A stretch of DNA of 64,000 bases from Eubacteriales bacterium (GTDB taxonomy: Bacteria > Bacillota > Clostridia > Oscillospirales > CAG-272): positions 43,175 through 107,174 of the forward strand of contig JAZOVZ010000086.1 of NCBI GenBank assembly GCA_045658965.1. The letters are read 5' to 3'. The notes beneath the pieces were generated by a model, which saw only the letters and a list, made by a program, of their open reading frames with translations, was not told the DNA's origin and ran no database searches. Below are positions 1-9,086 of the stretch, in pieces. The stretch's first letter is position 1; every line of letters starts with the position of its first letter. Position numbers and translations under genes: made by a program.

Positions 1-1
1 C

Positions 2-2449
2 AAGCCCAGCACGCACGATATTGAATCGATCGGCATGAACGACGGTGTACTGACCGCGATTGTCGGTAACACCAACGACCCCTATTTCCATTGGGCAGTA
101 AAATATCAGGCTGCGGATTATAACGCGATTGAGCTTACCATTCGCACCGAGCATGCAACCAACGTTACGCTGTATCTCCGCACCGATTCGGTTGGAAACT
201 TTAACAGCGAGCAGCTCGTTTCCTGCTCTGTTGTTCCCGGTGAAGAATTTTGCACGGTGATCATTCCCCTGGCTACCATACCCAATTATACGGGCAAGGT
301 TGAAGGCATTCGCGTTGACTGCGGCAACAAGGTTGGCGAGAAGATCGAGATCAAGGAAATGAAGGCTGTCAAGATCACCACCTCTGCGGCAACCACTATG
401 AAGCTCGACAGAAATTATCACGTTTACGGTGACAAGCTGCACCAGCAGATCCGCGTTGTTTCCGATGGCGACACCAAGGGCTTTTGCGGCTTCGGTACGG
501 TGACCCGCATTGAGCAAAGCCGCGTATCCTCGCTTGTTATTGCTGATAAGAACGGCAAGCATACGGATATTGGCAGCATTGATGCCGCATCCGTGGAATA
601 CGTTGGCTTTGATATCACCGACGCCGGCGTGTTCGGCTATATCTTCCCTGCCGACGACAAATACACAGGTGAAGTAACCGTAACGCTTGAAGACGGCTAT
701 TACGTTATCACGCAAACCTATACGCCCGACTCAACCAGCTTGAAATCTCACGAAAGCTATTCCATCGGTCACCGCATTTATACCGACGAGGGACATTCGT
801 TTGATGAGCTGGAAAGACAGGCTTACATCGAGCGCAACCCGCTGGCCGACGTCAAGATCGTAACCGCGCGCGACAATGCAAAGTTTGCAGGCTATAACAG
901 CCTTATCGGCTGCTACACCTATACGCTGAACGGTACTGATTTCAATCCTGCTTACTACAGAGATCCTCAAATGCAATTTATCGTTGATACGCAAATCAAC
1001 GGCGACGACTACGACCGCAATATTTACGTATTCGCACATACGACAACGTCCGGTGCGCTGGAGTGCAGCGTTGTACTGGATGGAAACGATGCTCTGCTGC
1101 CCATTAACGTAGAGGTTTGCAAAAACTTCAAGGGCGAATACGAAGAAAAGCTGTTTGACCCCGAGGATATGCACTACGGCTACGCGATCTTCCCCGTACG
1201 CATTGAAAAGAACCAGACCAAGCACTTCAAATCTGTCAATCTGTATCAGAACTGGGGTAACGTGCCGCTCAAGCAGCTTTCCTCCATTCAGTTTATCGCA
1301 CCCTACTATCACCTCTCCTGCGGTGTCACCGAGACCAACTGCATCGCCCCCTACTACGTGTACGATAAGGATTACTGGACGCTGCCCGATTTCCGCGCAA
1401 TGTCCTCGCCTCTGTGGAACAATCAGCCCCAGCACACCAGTGCAGGCAGACTGTACTGGCTGCAATACACCGATGCCCAGGGTAATTTCTACGGCTCCGA
1501 ATCGCAAACTGCGGACATTTCCTCGTCGGGTCCCGTTTACGTGGATATTGACATGAGTTATCTTTCCGACGACGGTAAGATCCAGGTCGATTACAGACAG
1601 GTAGAGATGGCACAATCCGACGAGACCAGAACCTACTACACGCTGGAGCTGACCGTTCTTGAAGACCTTGAAATTAAGGATTTCGTCAATAACTTCTCGT
1701 TCTTCTCTATGGACGGCAGAGCGATCGTGTATAAGAAGCTCGGTTATCTTGACGAGAACAATCAGCCCCAGACGGTTGATCTCAAGCTCAGCGAGCATAC
1801 AGATTACTACAAGCTGGGCAAAGAGGGCGCATACTTTGATTACTACGTCGACTCCGATCCTACCCACAAGACTACAGACTCGGTTAACATGGCTGTTGTG
1901 ATCAAGGATTACGCGATGATCATTGGCGGCAAGACCTATGACGGCAACCTTGTGCTCAAGGAAAGCTATGACGGCACAGTCAACCTTGCAACCCTGACCG
2001 CAGACCTTGGCGACGTCACCCTGCGCACAGGTGACACGGTACGCATTGACATGATCCTGCTGCCTTGGGGTCAGCCCGAAAGCACGGATGATTCCAACGT
2101 GCGCGGCGTCAGAGAGGATTCGGTTCTCTCGCCTATCAAGACCGAGGCAAGCGTTGGCACGGTGATCGCAGACACTTACCTGCCTACCGTCATGGCACAA
2201 AACAACACCGCGGAATTTACCGTCAGCGGTGGCGGCTCTACCATTTACGCGGTACGCGTTTACGGCTTTGATTCCTTCACCAAGCCCACCATTCAGGTGC
2301 TTGATGGCGGCAACTGGGTCGATTACGATTACCAGCATTACAGCTATGACGGATATATGTCCTTCCGCGAGGATGACGGTACGTATTCTTTCGCCTTCTC
2401 GTTTGAAATGACAGACGGCGAAGCACGCACCTTCCGCGTGACGCAGTAA
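2..2449 (+). CDS. Large hypothetical protein (at least 804 aa), N-terminus probably off-window
   Basis: ORF track gives 35..2449. The frame stays open from ATG-35 back to nt 2, and no GGAG-type RBS precedes ATG-35, so the true start is probably upstream of the window. A strong hairpin terminator follows the stop. I recognise no catalytic or domain motif by eye. Confidence 0.6.
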   Translation, partial: KPSTHDIESIGMNDGVLTAIVGNTNDPYFHWAVKYQAADYNAIELTIRTEHATNVTLYLRTDSVGNFNSEQLVSCSVVPGEEFCTVIIPLATIPNYTGKVEGIRVDCGNKVGEKIEIKEMKAVKITTSAATTMKLDRNYHVYGDKLHQQIRVVSDGDTKGFCGFGTVTRIEQSRVSSLVIADKNGKHTDIGSIDAASVEYVGFDITDAGVFGYIFPADDKYTGEVTVTLEDGYYVITQTYTPDSTSLKSHESYSIGHRIYTDEGHSFDELERQAYIERNPLADVKIVTARDNAKFAGYNSLIGCYTYTLNGTDFNPAYYRDPQMQFIVDTQINGDDYDRNIYVFAHTTTSGALECSVVLDGNDALLPINVEVCKNFKGEYEEKLFDPEDMHYGYAIFPVRIEKNQTKHFKSVNLYQNWGNVPLKQLSSIQFIAPYYHLSCGVTETNCIAPYYVYDKDYWTLPDFRAMSSPLWNNQPQHTSAGRLYWLQYTDAQGNFYGSESQTADISSSGPVYVDIDMSYLSDDGKIQVDYRQVEMAQSDETRTYYTLELTVLEDLEIKDFVNNFSFFSMDGRAIVYKKLGYLDENNQPQTVDLKLSEHTDYYKLGKEGAYFDYYVDSDPTHKTTDSVNMAVVIKDYAMIIGGKTYDGNLVLKESYDGTVNLATLTADLGDVTLRTGDTVRIDMILLPWGQPESTDDSNVRGVREDSVLSPIKTEASVGTVIADTYLPTVMAQNNTAEFTVSGGGSTIYAVRVYGFDSFTKPTIQVLDGGNWVDYDYQHYSYDGYMSFREDDGTYSFAFSFEMTDGEARTFRVTQ

Positions 2450-2467
2450 ACAAAATCTATAAATATG

Positions 2468-2502
2468 GCGGGAGCACACTTGCATTGCAAATGTGCTCCC
2501 GC
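2468..2502 (+). terminator. Rho-independent terminator after the 804-aa ORF
   Basis: An 11-bp stem, GCGGGAGCACA (2468-2478) with TGTGCTCCCGC (2492-2502), starts 19 nt after the stop and is followed by a T-rich tract (ttcttatagtattttcgttttttt). Confidence 0.7.
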
Positions 2503-2536
2503 TTCTTATAGTATTTTCGTTTTTTTAGATGTACAT

Positions 2537-3214
2537 TTAGAAATGAGACAGATGATTTTTCATCCTATTTCTCAAAATGATAAATCGAATGATTCTATAA
2601 ATATAGACAACAAAGAAAAGATGAACGACTGCATAATAAATACCTATGCAGATCAGAAGTTTAAGATACCACTTTTTCCCTTGCATACGAATAGAATCAG
2701 TAATCAAAAAGGAGGCGTATACGATTTGAGCAACATCAATGATCATCAAAGGCACAAATAAATTGATGATAACCGAGGTTTGATAGTCGGCAGTAGGTGT
2801 CAAATCGATATTCGGATTTAATCCGAAATAGAGCCAAACACAGATAAAAATGAAGGTTGGAATAACGATAAGTGAATCCCTAAGCAACTGCTTTTTTATT
2901 CCTCTGTATTCCAATAGCGTATTTTGTTTTTTGACCTTTGTGCTTTTTTCTTGGATCTCTACACGAGGTTCCTTATTTGTAGTCAGTTCGGCTTCGGAAG
3001 TAACAAACTCTCCACGCAAGATCTCATCTACGGTGACGCCCAATTCTTTCGCTAAAAGCAATAACAAACTACTGTCGGGAAGTCCGCGTCCCGTTTCCCA
3101 CCGAGAAACCGCCTTATTGGTTACGTTTAACTTGTTGCCAAGTTCAGCCTGCGATAATCCTTTGCTTTTTCGCAGTTCGCATATAAAATTTCCTATCTTG
3201 AAGTTTTCATCCAT
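2537..3214 (-). CDS. XRE-family HTH transcriptional regulator with C-terminal multi-pass membrane domain
   Basis: The N-terminus KIGNFICELRKSKGLSQAELGNKLNVTNKAVSRWETGRGLPD is a classic HTH_3/XRE motif. The C-terminal half has several hydrophobic helices (LIVIPTFIFICVWLYFGL, VIINLFVPLMIIDVAQIVYASFLI, LLICIGIYYAVVHLFFVVYIY). The gene is visibly AT-richer than the core genes. Confidence 0.8.
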   Translation of the reverse strand: MDENFKIGNFICELRKSKGLSQAELGNKLNVTNKAVSRWETGRGLPDSSLLLLLAKELGVTVDEILRGEFVTSEAELTTNKEPRVEIQEKSTKVKKQNTLLEYRGIKKQLLRDSLIVIPTFIFICVWLYFGLNPNIDLTPTADYQTSVIINLFVPLMIIDVAQIVYASFLITDSIRMQGKKWYLKLLICIGIYYAVVHLFFVVYIYRIIRFIILRNRMKNHLSHF

Positions 3215-3374
3215 TCGTATCAGCTCCTTTAGTTATAGATGCACTACAAGTATAACGATATGTACATCGTAAGTCAATAGTTCTGCTGTCTACTTAAAAT
3301 AGATATTTGCTTTTCGTTGCTTTTCGTTAAATACATGATCCTATTATATCATATTTTTTGATAATATCAAGATA

Positions 3375-3401
3375 AGGCGAGCGCAAAAAATACGCTCGCC
3401 T
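3375..3401 (-). terminator. Hairpin downstream of the anti-sigma-like gene (same stem sequence as 5665..5689)
   Basis: AGGCGAGCG (3375-3383) pairs with CGCTCGCCT (3393-3401). The hairpin lies 10 nt past the stop at 3412. The T-run is better on the plus side (tttgtgtgtttt) than on the minus side, so orientation and function are uncertain. Confidence 0.45.
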
Positions 3402-3411
3402 TTTGTGTGTT

Positions 3412-4935
3412 TTATGCCATAGGATAAACTATATCGCGAACTTTACCGTACTCATCGTATTCGCCCGCAAAAATATATGATTTCTCATAATCAGCACCAA
3501 TTCTATCGAACAAAGCATCTTTATCAATCGGTACGCACTCATCAGATCCATATTCGATGATATAATATGCATCGTCAAAATAACTGTCATCATAATAATG
3601 ACGCAAATCTGTATCCTCGTAATACCATGACACCCGAACCACACCTATAACTCCATTTGCAGTTTTGGCATACCATCCAAAAACTCCGGAGCTTTTCAGC
3701 TTCTCTTGATTAGCGTTTTGTAAATGAGGGGGCTTTATTTCGCCTGCCTCAAACGTACTTATAACGGCAGCAACCGCCGCTTGTAGGTCGGGAAGATTTT
3801 GTTCATCTTCTTTTGAAAAACGTGCATTTGACCAATTAACGCTATCGGCATAAATCATTCCGTTTTCATTGGTTGCAAATCCATTGATATATCTTCGGAA
3901 TCCAAGCTGAACTTCCGGACCGTAAAAGAGTTTCCCAGCACCGAGCGTTGTCACATAAACACCATTTTCAAAGGACTTGATATAATCGAGTGCCTCTGCT
4001 GCTTCACCATTCACATCCGCGAGAGAATGAACATAGTAGTAATCCTCTCCGTGTCCGGAGTTACGTGCTTCTTCTTCGGCATCTTGTAATGTGTAACTTT
4101 GAAAATACTCAGCTCCGAAATACTCCGCTGTGGAGCGTGTGCTTGTTTTCCAACTCTCCGTTGCCTCCCACAGTCTCATATCGAAGTGATTATCAGAATC
4201 AAACGCTGTAATTTTTGCCCCCAACCAACTGAATACGGTGTTACTATATCCAAAAAGAACCATTTCAAGTTGTTCGGCACACGCCTGAGTTTTATTATAA
4301 ACGAGAGAATACTCATAACCATATTGAGCAATATCCATAAAGACAAGTTTGTCGAACAAACTATAATCTGTCATATGGCTGTTAGGAACAATAAAACAAA
4401 ATTCACTCGGGACATCAGCACCTTCAAGAACGGTTATTACCTCCATTCTTATAATACGAAACTCAACCTGTCGCCAATCGTCAAAGAACGTGTAGGTATC
4501 GGGAAGAGCTTCTACAAAACGTGCAGTAACGGATATTCCGCTTTGCACAATTTCTGCTTGTGCGGAACTTGACGAACTGTTTACACTCGACTCACTTCCG
4601 TAATATTGAGGTGCGGAAGAAGGAACTTGAACATTCACAATCGGTATATTCGGTCTGTTATTATCATTCGTCGTCCCCGGTCCCGGATTTACACCGACGT
4701 CATTGTTCGTTTCATCGGGAGGAGTGATAATCCCCGGATCATCCTCTCGCAGCATCGGCACAACAATGACCGCACTTAAAATCATCACGAAGCAAGCCGC
4801 GATTGCTCCAAAGCGAAGCCACACTCCTTTGGGCTTTTTGTTCTTCTGTCTGAGCCTATCCTTTTGCTCAACGTATTTTTCAACAAGGTCAGGATCAAGG
4901 TGATTCAAACCTTCGTTCCATTCTTTCTTTTTCAT
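3412..4935 (-). CDS. Membrane-anchored partner of the sigma factor (putative anti-sigma/sensor), cassette 1
   Basis: Its ATG overlaps the sigma gene stop as ATGA (4932-4935). A short cytoplasmic N-terminus (LNHLDPDLVEKYVEQKDRLRQKNKK) resembles the N-termini of the partners in the other 3 cassettes. It has a single TM helix (WLRFGAIAACFVMILSAVIVVPML) and a roughly 440-aa extracytoplasmic region whose fold I do not recognise. Confidence 0.6.
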   Translation of the reverse strand: MKKKEWNEGLNHLDPDLVEKYVEQKDRLRQKNKKPKGVWLRFGAIAACFVMILSAVIVVPMLREDDPGIITPPDETNNDVGVNPGPGTTNDNNRPNIPIVNVQVPSSAPQYYGSESSVNSSSSSAQAEIVQSGISVTARFVEALPDTYTFFDDWRQVEFRIIRMEVITVLEGADVPSEFCFIVPNSHMTDYSLFDKLVFMDIAQYGYEYSLVYNKTQACAEQLEMVLFGYSNTVFSWLGAKITAFDSDNHFDMRLWEATESWKTSTRSTAEYFGAEYFQSYTLQDAEEEARNSGHGEDYYYVHSLADVNGEAAEALDYIKSFENGVYVTTLGAGKLFYGPEVQLGFRRYINGFATNENGMIYADSVNWSNARFSKEDEQNLPDLQAAVAAVISTFEAGEIKPPHLQNANQEKLKSSGVFGWYAKTANGVIGVVRVSWYYEDTDLRHYYDDSYFDDAYYIIEYGSDECVPIDKDALFDRIGADYEKSYIFAGEYDEYGKVRDIVYPMA

Positions 4936-5528
4936 ATCGAATAACCCTCACTTCCAAGTTTTTCTTTCAAGGCACTTCTAATGGCGGCAAGCTCCTTGTT
5001 TACCATTGAACGGCTTAAGTTCAGATCACTTGCAATCGTGTCAATGGGATCGGCAACGTAGTACCTACTCATAAATATGAATTGTCTGCGCTCGGAAAGC
5101 GAGTGAACAAAGTTGCTGATGACGCGCCCCAGTCTCTCTGCGTCAAAATCTGCACCGACGTCCTCGTCACCGGCTACGAAATCTTCAAGCTCGGACAAAG
5201 ACACTGTCATTTCGGAAGGTATCACGTTCTGCCGCAGATTGCTGTGATAGCGTTTGATCGCAATTCTTCGTGCGATGGTCGTCAGAAATGCTTTGAGCAC
5301 ATTTGGTCTTGATGGCGGCATTGCGTTCCATGCACCAAGATATGTATCGTTCAGGCATTCCTCGCAGTCAAGCCTATCGTGAACGACATTGTAAGCAATA
5401 GAAAACAGATACTTCTTGTATTTGAAGTCGGTCTCCTCAATCGCTTTTTCATCGCGTTCCCAATAAAGCTCAACGATCTTTTCGTCGTCCATCGGCACTT
5501 TTGCCGTTTGTTTGCTTTGAAGTTCCAT
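4932..5528 (-). CDS. RNA polymerase sigma-70 family (ECF-like) factor, cassette 1
   Basis: It has a region-2-like block (ELYWERDEKAI...DCEECLNDTYLGAWNAMPPSRP) and a region-4 HTH (IDTIASDLNLSRSMVNKELAAIRSALKEKL). An RBS GGAAGGAGG sits upstream of the ATG. There are 3 paralogues in the window. Confidence 0.85.
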   Translation of the reverse strand: MELQSKQTAKVPMDDEKIVELYWERDEKAIEETDFKYKKYLFSIAYNVVHDRLDCEECLNDTYLGAWNAMPPSRPNVLKAFLTTIARRIAIKRYHSNLRQNVIPSEMTVSLSELEDFVAGDEDVGADFDAERLGRVISNFVHSLSERRQFIFMSRYYVADPIDTIASDLNLSRSMVNKELAAIRSALKEKLGSEGYSI

Positions 5529-5664
5529 AACTCGCCTCCTTCCTTGCGTATTGAAAGGCCCTTCATAAATAGTAGTACCAAAAAATTTGAAAGTGTGTAA
5601 TGATTTTTGAAAGTTTTTTATTATTATACCATAAAATTTTGTTTTTTGTGTGAATATGCAGAAA

Positions 5665-5689
5665 AGGCGAGCGCCAAATACGCTCGCCT
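5665..5689 (-). terminator. Rho-independent terminator of mntP
   Basis: AGGCGAGCG (5665-5673) pairs with CGCTCGCCT (5681-5689). On the minus strand it is followed by TTTTC and lies 25 nt after the mntP stop. Confidence 0.65.
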
Positions 5690-5713
5690 AAAATATTCGA
5701 TGAAAAATTGAAA

Positions 5714-6349
5714 TCAAGAAAACAACCCCGTGAACCAATTCCAGGCAAAGTCGATTACGCCATACTGGTCGAGCACGTTTTTGATGCCGAGCAGGCACAG
5801 GACGATACCGCCTGCGAGCTGGGCTTTCTTCTCGTATTTGTCGCCAAACACGTTACCGATCTTGACGCCAAGCGCGGAGAGCGCGAACGTGATGATACCG
5901 ATCAGAGTTACGCTGAGCAGCACGCGAGGCACTGTCATATCGGGGCGCAATCCGTAGCCGACACCGACCACCATGGCGTCAATGCTGGTAGCAACCGCCA
6001 TGGGAAACATGACGCGCGCGGTCAGCGAAGCGTCGGTATTTTCACAGCTTGAGCAGCCGTCTTCCTGCTTTTCGAGTGCTTCCTTGATCATACCGCCACC
6101 GATGATGGCAAGCAGCACAAAGGCGATCCAACCGGTAAACATTTCAAGATAATCACCGAAAAACTTATTCAAAATACCTGCCAAGACAAAGCCGAGCGCG
6201 GGCATGAGTGCCTGAAAAGCACCGAACCAACCGCCTACAACGGCAGCCTTGCCTAAGGTTGCCTTTTGCATCGAAAGGCCCTTACAAATGGCTACGGCAA
6301 AGGCGTCCATCGCAAGTGCTACAGCCAAAATCAAAAGTTCAATTACCAT
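5714..6349 (-). CDS. mntP: Manganese efflux pump MntP
   Basis: The N-terminus MVIELLILAVALAMDAFAVAICKG and the second half-repeat MFPMAVATSIDAMVVGV are the duplicated DAF/DAM-containing helices typical of MntP (DUF204). It is a roughly 6-TM protein of 211 aa. Confidence 0.85.
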   Translation of the reverse strand: MVIELLILAVALAMDAFAVAICKGLSMQKATLGKAAVVGGWFGAFQALMPALGFVLAGILNKFFGDYLEMFTGWIAFVLLAIIGGGMIKEALEKQEDGCSSCENTDASLTARVMFPMAVATSIDAMVVGVGYGLRPDMTVPRVLLSVTLIGIITFALSALGVKIGNVFGDKYEKKAQLAGGIVLCLLGIKNVLDQYGVIDFAWNWFTGLFS

Positions 6350-7229
6350 TTTTCTCTCCGTTACTTATGTGCAATTTTTGTCCATCAACCGTTTCGACGG
6401 TCGTGTCATAAAATCTCTCCTGAAAATAGATCTCGCGGCAGATCTCGTGCGCGTCAAAGTCGCGATCCAAGGGACACGCGACCAGCTTATCTTCCACGTC
6501 ATCCGCACGGTGCACGATCGCAATCACCCTACCCGAAAAACGCTCCAAAGGCTGCTTTTCGCCAAGGCAGTACACGTCAAGCTCTTCGACGTCACCGCCC
6601 AGCACCCCCGGAATGTAACCGTAATTAACGGGATAAAGCAATTGCTTGCTTCCCTTTACGTGCAAATATCCGATCGGTCTGTCGATCTCTGCCTCAATCT
6701 GCTTGCCGAGATACGACCAAACCATCGCCTTTCGAAGCGTGTATTTAATAAAATCTGCTTTGGATTCAGTGTAGGCATTTCGGTCGTTAGGGTAACGCTG
6801 TGCAAGCTCGGTTTTGAGAGCACCGTAAGAATTGCGCACCACAGGAAATTCGGTCAGATAAGCCTTAAAATTGATATAATTGCGCCATTCCATGCTCATG
6901 TGCTTGACAACGTGAATATGTGCAGTGCGCCACTCACCCTCACCCAGCACAAAAAAGAGCTGCCATTCGTTGTCATTGGCGGGTCTGTGCCAAAATCCTG
7001 CCGCTTCCATCAAAGAAACGATCTGAGCATCAAAGGAATGCACCGCGACCGCAACGTCAATAATGGGTTTGGCGCAAAGTCCCGGCACAGACGTGCTGCC
7101 TACGTGCTCCACCGCTACGGCAAGCTCTCCAAGAGCACTCTTGATACGTGCACAGTACTGCACGCCAAGGTCTTCCCACGCATGCTCATGCGCACAAAGC
7201 CTTACAGTTCCCCTTTCAAGCCCCAGCAT
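6339..7229 (-). CDS. GrpB-domain protein fused to an inorganic-pyrophosphatase-like C-terminal domain
   Basis: The N-terminal half matches GrpB (MLGLERGTVRL..., HVGSTSVPGLCAKPIIDV). The C-terminal ~110 aa resemble a family-I PPase core (DRPIGYLH...YPVNYGYIPGVLGGDVEELDVY...DDVEDKLV). I chose ATG-7229, which is preceded by GGAGGG-ATAAT; the ORF-track start at 7250 is a TTG. The stop overlaps the mntP start by 11 nt. Confidence 0.65.
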   Translation of the reverse strand: MLGLERGTVRLCAHEHAWEDLGVQYCARIKSALGELAVAVEHVGSTSVPGLCAKPIIDVAVAVHSFDAQIVSLMEAAGFWHRPANDNEWQLFFVLGEGEWRTAHIHVVKHMSMEWRNYINFKAYLTEFPVVRNSYGALKTELAQRYPNDRNAYTESKADFIKYTLRKAMVWSYLGKQIEAEIDRPIGYLHVKGSKQLLYPVNYGYIPGVLGGDVEELDVYCLGEKQPLERFSGRVIAIVHRADDVEDKLVACPLDRDFDAHEICREIYFQERFYDTTVETVDGQKLHISNGEKNGN

Positions 7230-7338
7230 ATTATCCCTCCAAACGCACAAATCTCACATATTTTATCACAAATACTCCGTATTGTCTATAGGTTCACAAA
7301 ATATTTACATTTATTGTTAAATAATTATCACACTTTAC

Positions 7339-7367
7339 TTGACTAAAGCGATTCTTTGTAGTATAAT
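7339..7367 (+). promoter_or_regulatory. SigA-type promoter of the his operon
   Basis: TTGACT (7339-7344), a 17-nt spacer, then TATAAT (7362-7367). It lies about 35 nt upstream of the AAGGAGG RBS of hisZ. Confidence 0.7.
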
Positions 7368-7402
7368 CTTGGTATCCTTTTATTATTAAGGAGGATTTTC
7401 GA

Positions 7403-8467
7403 ATGGCAATCAACCAATATGCAATGACTCCTGCGGAACAGACCATCACCAAATGCGCCCAGCTTTATGCAAAATACGGCTATCGCAGGTTTACTATGAA
7501 TAAATTCGAAGACTATGCCCTGTATGCCGACAACAAGAACTTTTTGGTGGATGGCAGACTTTTGACCTTTACCGACGGCTCCAAGCTCAAGGCTCTCAAG
7601 CCCGATATCACACTCTCTATCGTCAAGAGCCTGGCTGCAAATCCCCGACTCCCCCTCAAGGCGTTTTATAACGAAACCGTCTACCGCGTAAAAAAGGGAG
7701 AAAAGGAATTCAGCGAGCTGCATCAGATGGGACTTGAGCTGATCGGCGACGGCTCCATTTATGCCACAAGCGAGGTGCTTGCGCTGGCAAAAACTTCGCT
7801 GGACGCAATTGACGCGCAAAACATTCTTGATATTTCGCACATGGGTATTCTCATGCCGCTGATTGATCAAGCGTGCGAAAGCGGTGCTGATCGCGACCGG
7901 TTGATCTCAATGATCACGCAAAAGAACGCGGACGGTATTGCTGCTATGCTGGGTGCAAAACATCCGCTTACGGTACTGGTGAATTCCTACGCTCCTATCG
8001 GCAAAATGATCCCCGTACTGCAAGAGATGCTGCCCGATATGCCTGCGGTAAACGAGCTTGCACAGACCGCTGACGTGCTTGGTGCAATGGGACTTGATGC
8101 GGGCGTGTATCTTGATTTCTCGCTCATGCACGATTTCGGCTACTACAACGGCATTATTTTCAAGGGATACATCAAGGACGTTCCGGTCTCCGTGCTTTCG
8201 GGCGGTCGTTACGATCCCCTGCTCGACCGTTTTGGTATCAGCACAGCCGCTCTCGGATTTGCCATTTATCTTGACTATATCCGTTACAGCGAAACCAAGC
8301 ACGATACGGACGCTCTGCTTTTGTACACCGAACAGGACAAAGCGGCAGACGTTGCTCGTGCCGTTAAGACGCTGACCGAGCAAGGATATCTTGTGCTCGC
8401 AGCGCAAACGCAGCCCGAAAACCGCAGCTTTGTCAAAGTTTTCCACGTCAAGGAGGTGCTCGCATGA
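7403..8467 (+). CDS. hisZ: ATP phosphoribosyltransferase regulatory subunit HisZ
   Basis: It is a HisRS-like paralogue without an anticodon domain (354 aa). It sits directly upstream of, and ATGA-coupled to, a short-form hisG, and is the first gene of the his operon. Confidence 0.85.
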   Translation: MAINQYAMTPAEQTITKCAQLYAKYGYRRFTMNKFEDYALYADNKNFLVDGRLLTFTDGSKLKALKPDITLSIVKSLAANPRLPLKAFYNETVYRVKKGEKEFSELHQMGLELIGDGSIYATSEVLALAKTSLDAIDAQNILDISHMGILMPLIDQACESGADRDRLISMITQKNADGIAAMLGAKHPLTVLVNSYAPIGKMIPVLQEMLPDMPAVNELAQTADVLGAMGLDAGVYLDFSLMHDFGYYNGIIFKGYIKDVPVSVLSGGRYDPLLDRFGISTAALGFAIYLDYIRYSETKHDTDALLLYTEQDKAADVARAVKTLTEQGYLVLAAQTQPENRSFVKVFHVKEVLA

Positions 8468-9081
8468 TCAGAATTGCATTACCCAAGGGCAGACTTGGCG
8501 ATAAGGTGCTTGCGCAGTTTGAAGCTGCGGGGTACGCCTGCCCCGAGATCCATACGCCCTCCAGAAAGCTTGTTTTTTCCACAGACGAGGTCTCTTACTT
8601 CTTCGTCAAGCCCTCAGACGTGCCGATCTACGTAGAACGCGGCGTGGCTGACATTGGCGTTGCAGGCAGCGATATTCTCATGGAATACCAGCCCGACGTC
8701 TATTCCCTGCTCGATCTCGGCATAGGCAAATGCCGCATTTGCGTGGCAGCCAAGGCAGAATTTGAGGATGATTACGGTCGCCCCTTACGCGTGGCAACCA
8801 AGTTTACCCACGTTGCATCCCAATATTACAATTCGCTTGGCAGAACCATTGATATCATCAAGCTCAACGGCTCGATCGAGCTTGCCCCCATTCTCGGGCT
8901 CTCGGACGTGATCGTTGACATTGTGGAAACAGGCACGACGCTCAAAGAAAACGGGCTTGTGGTCAAGCAGGATATTGCCTCGGTCAGCGCAAGGCTGATT
9001 GCCAACAAGACCTCTTACAAATTTAACAGCGCGCAGATCTCCGAGCTGCAGCAAAAGCTTCAGGAGCAAAGAAAGGACTAA
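8464..9081 (+). CDS. hisG: ATP phosphoribosyltransferase, short form
   Basis: MIRIALPKGRL...VATKF...ETGTTLKENGL is a typical short HisG of 205 aa. Confidence 0.9.
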   Translation: MIRIALPKGRLGDKVLAQFEAAGYACPEIHTPSRKLVFSTDEVSYFFVKPSDVPIYVERGVADIGVAGSDILMEYQPDVYSLLDLGIGKCRICVAAKAEFEDDYGRPLRVATKFTHVASQYYNSLGRTIDIIKLNGSIELAPILGLSDVIVDIVETGTTLKENGLVVKQDIASVSARLIANKTSYKFNSAQISELQQKLQEQRKD

Positions 9082-9086
9082 ATCCC

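Noticed and set aside
731-2485. 584-aa ORF antisense to the 804-aa gene
   Set aside because: It lies entirely inside and opposite a better ORF. Its composition is Arg/Val/Gly/Ala-rich, typical of antisense frames in GC-rich coding DNA, and it has no RBS.
6350-6420. Expected yybP-ykoY Mn2+ riboswitch upstream of mntP
   Set aside because: The upstream GrpB-fusion CDS overlaps the mntP start by 11 nt, so there is no non-coding leader in which a riboswitch could sit.
7230-7402. T-box or histidine attenuator leader upstream of hisZ
   Set aside because: The promoter at 7339-7367 leaves only about 30 nt of 5' UTR. There is no specifier or terminator-antiterminator helices and no His-codon leader peptide.
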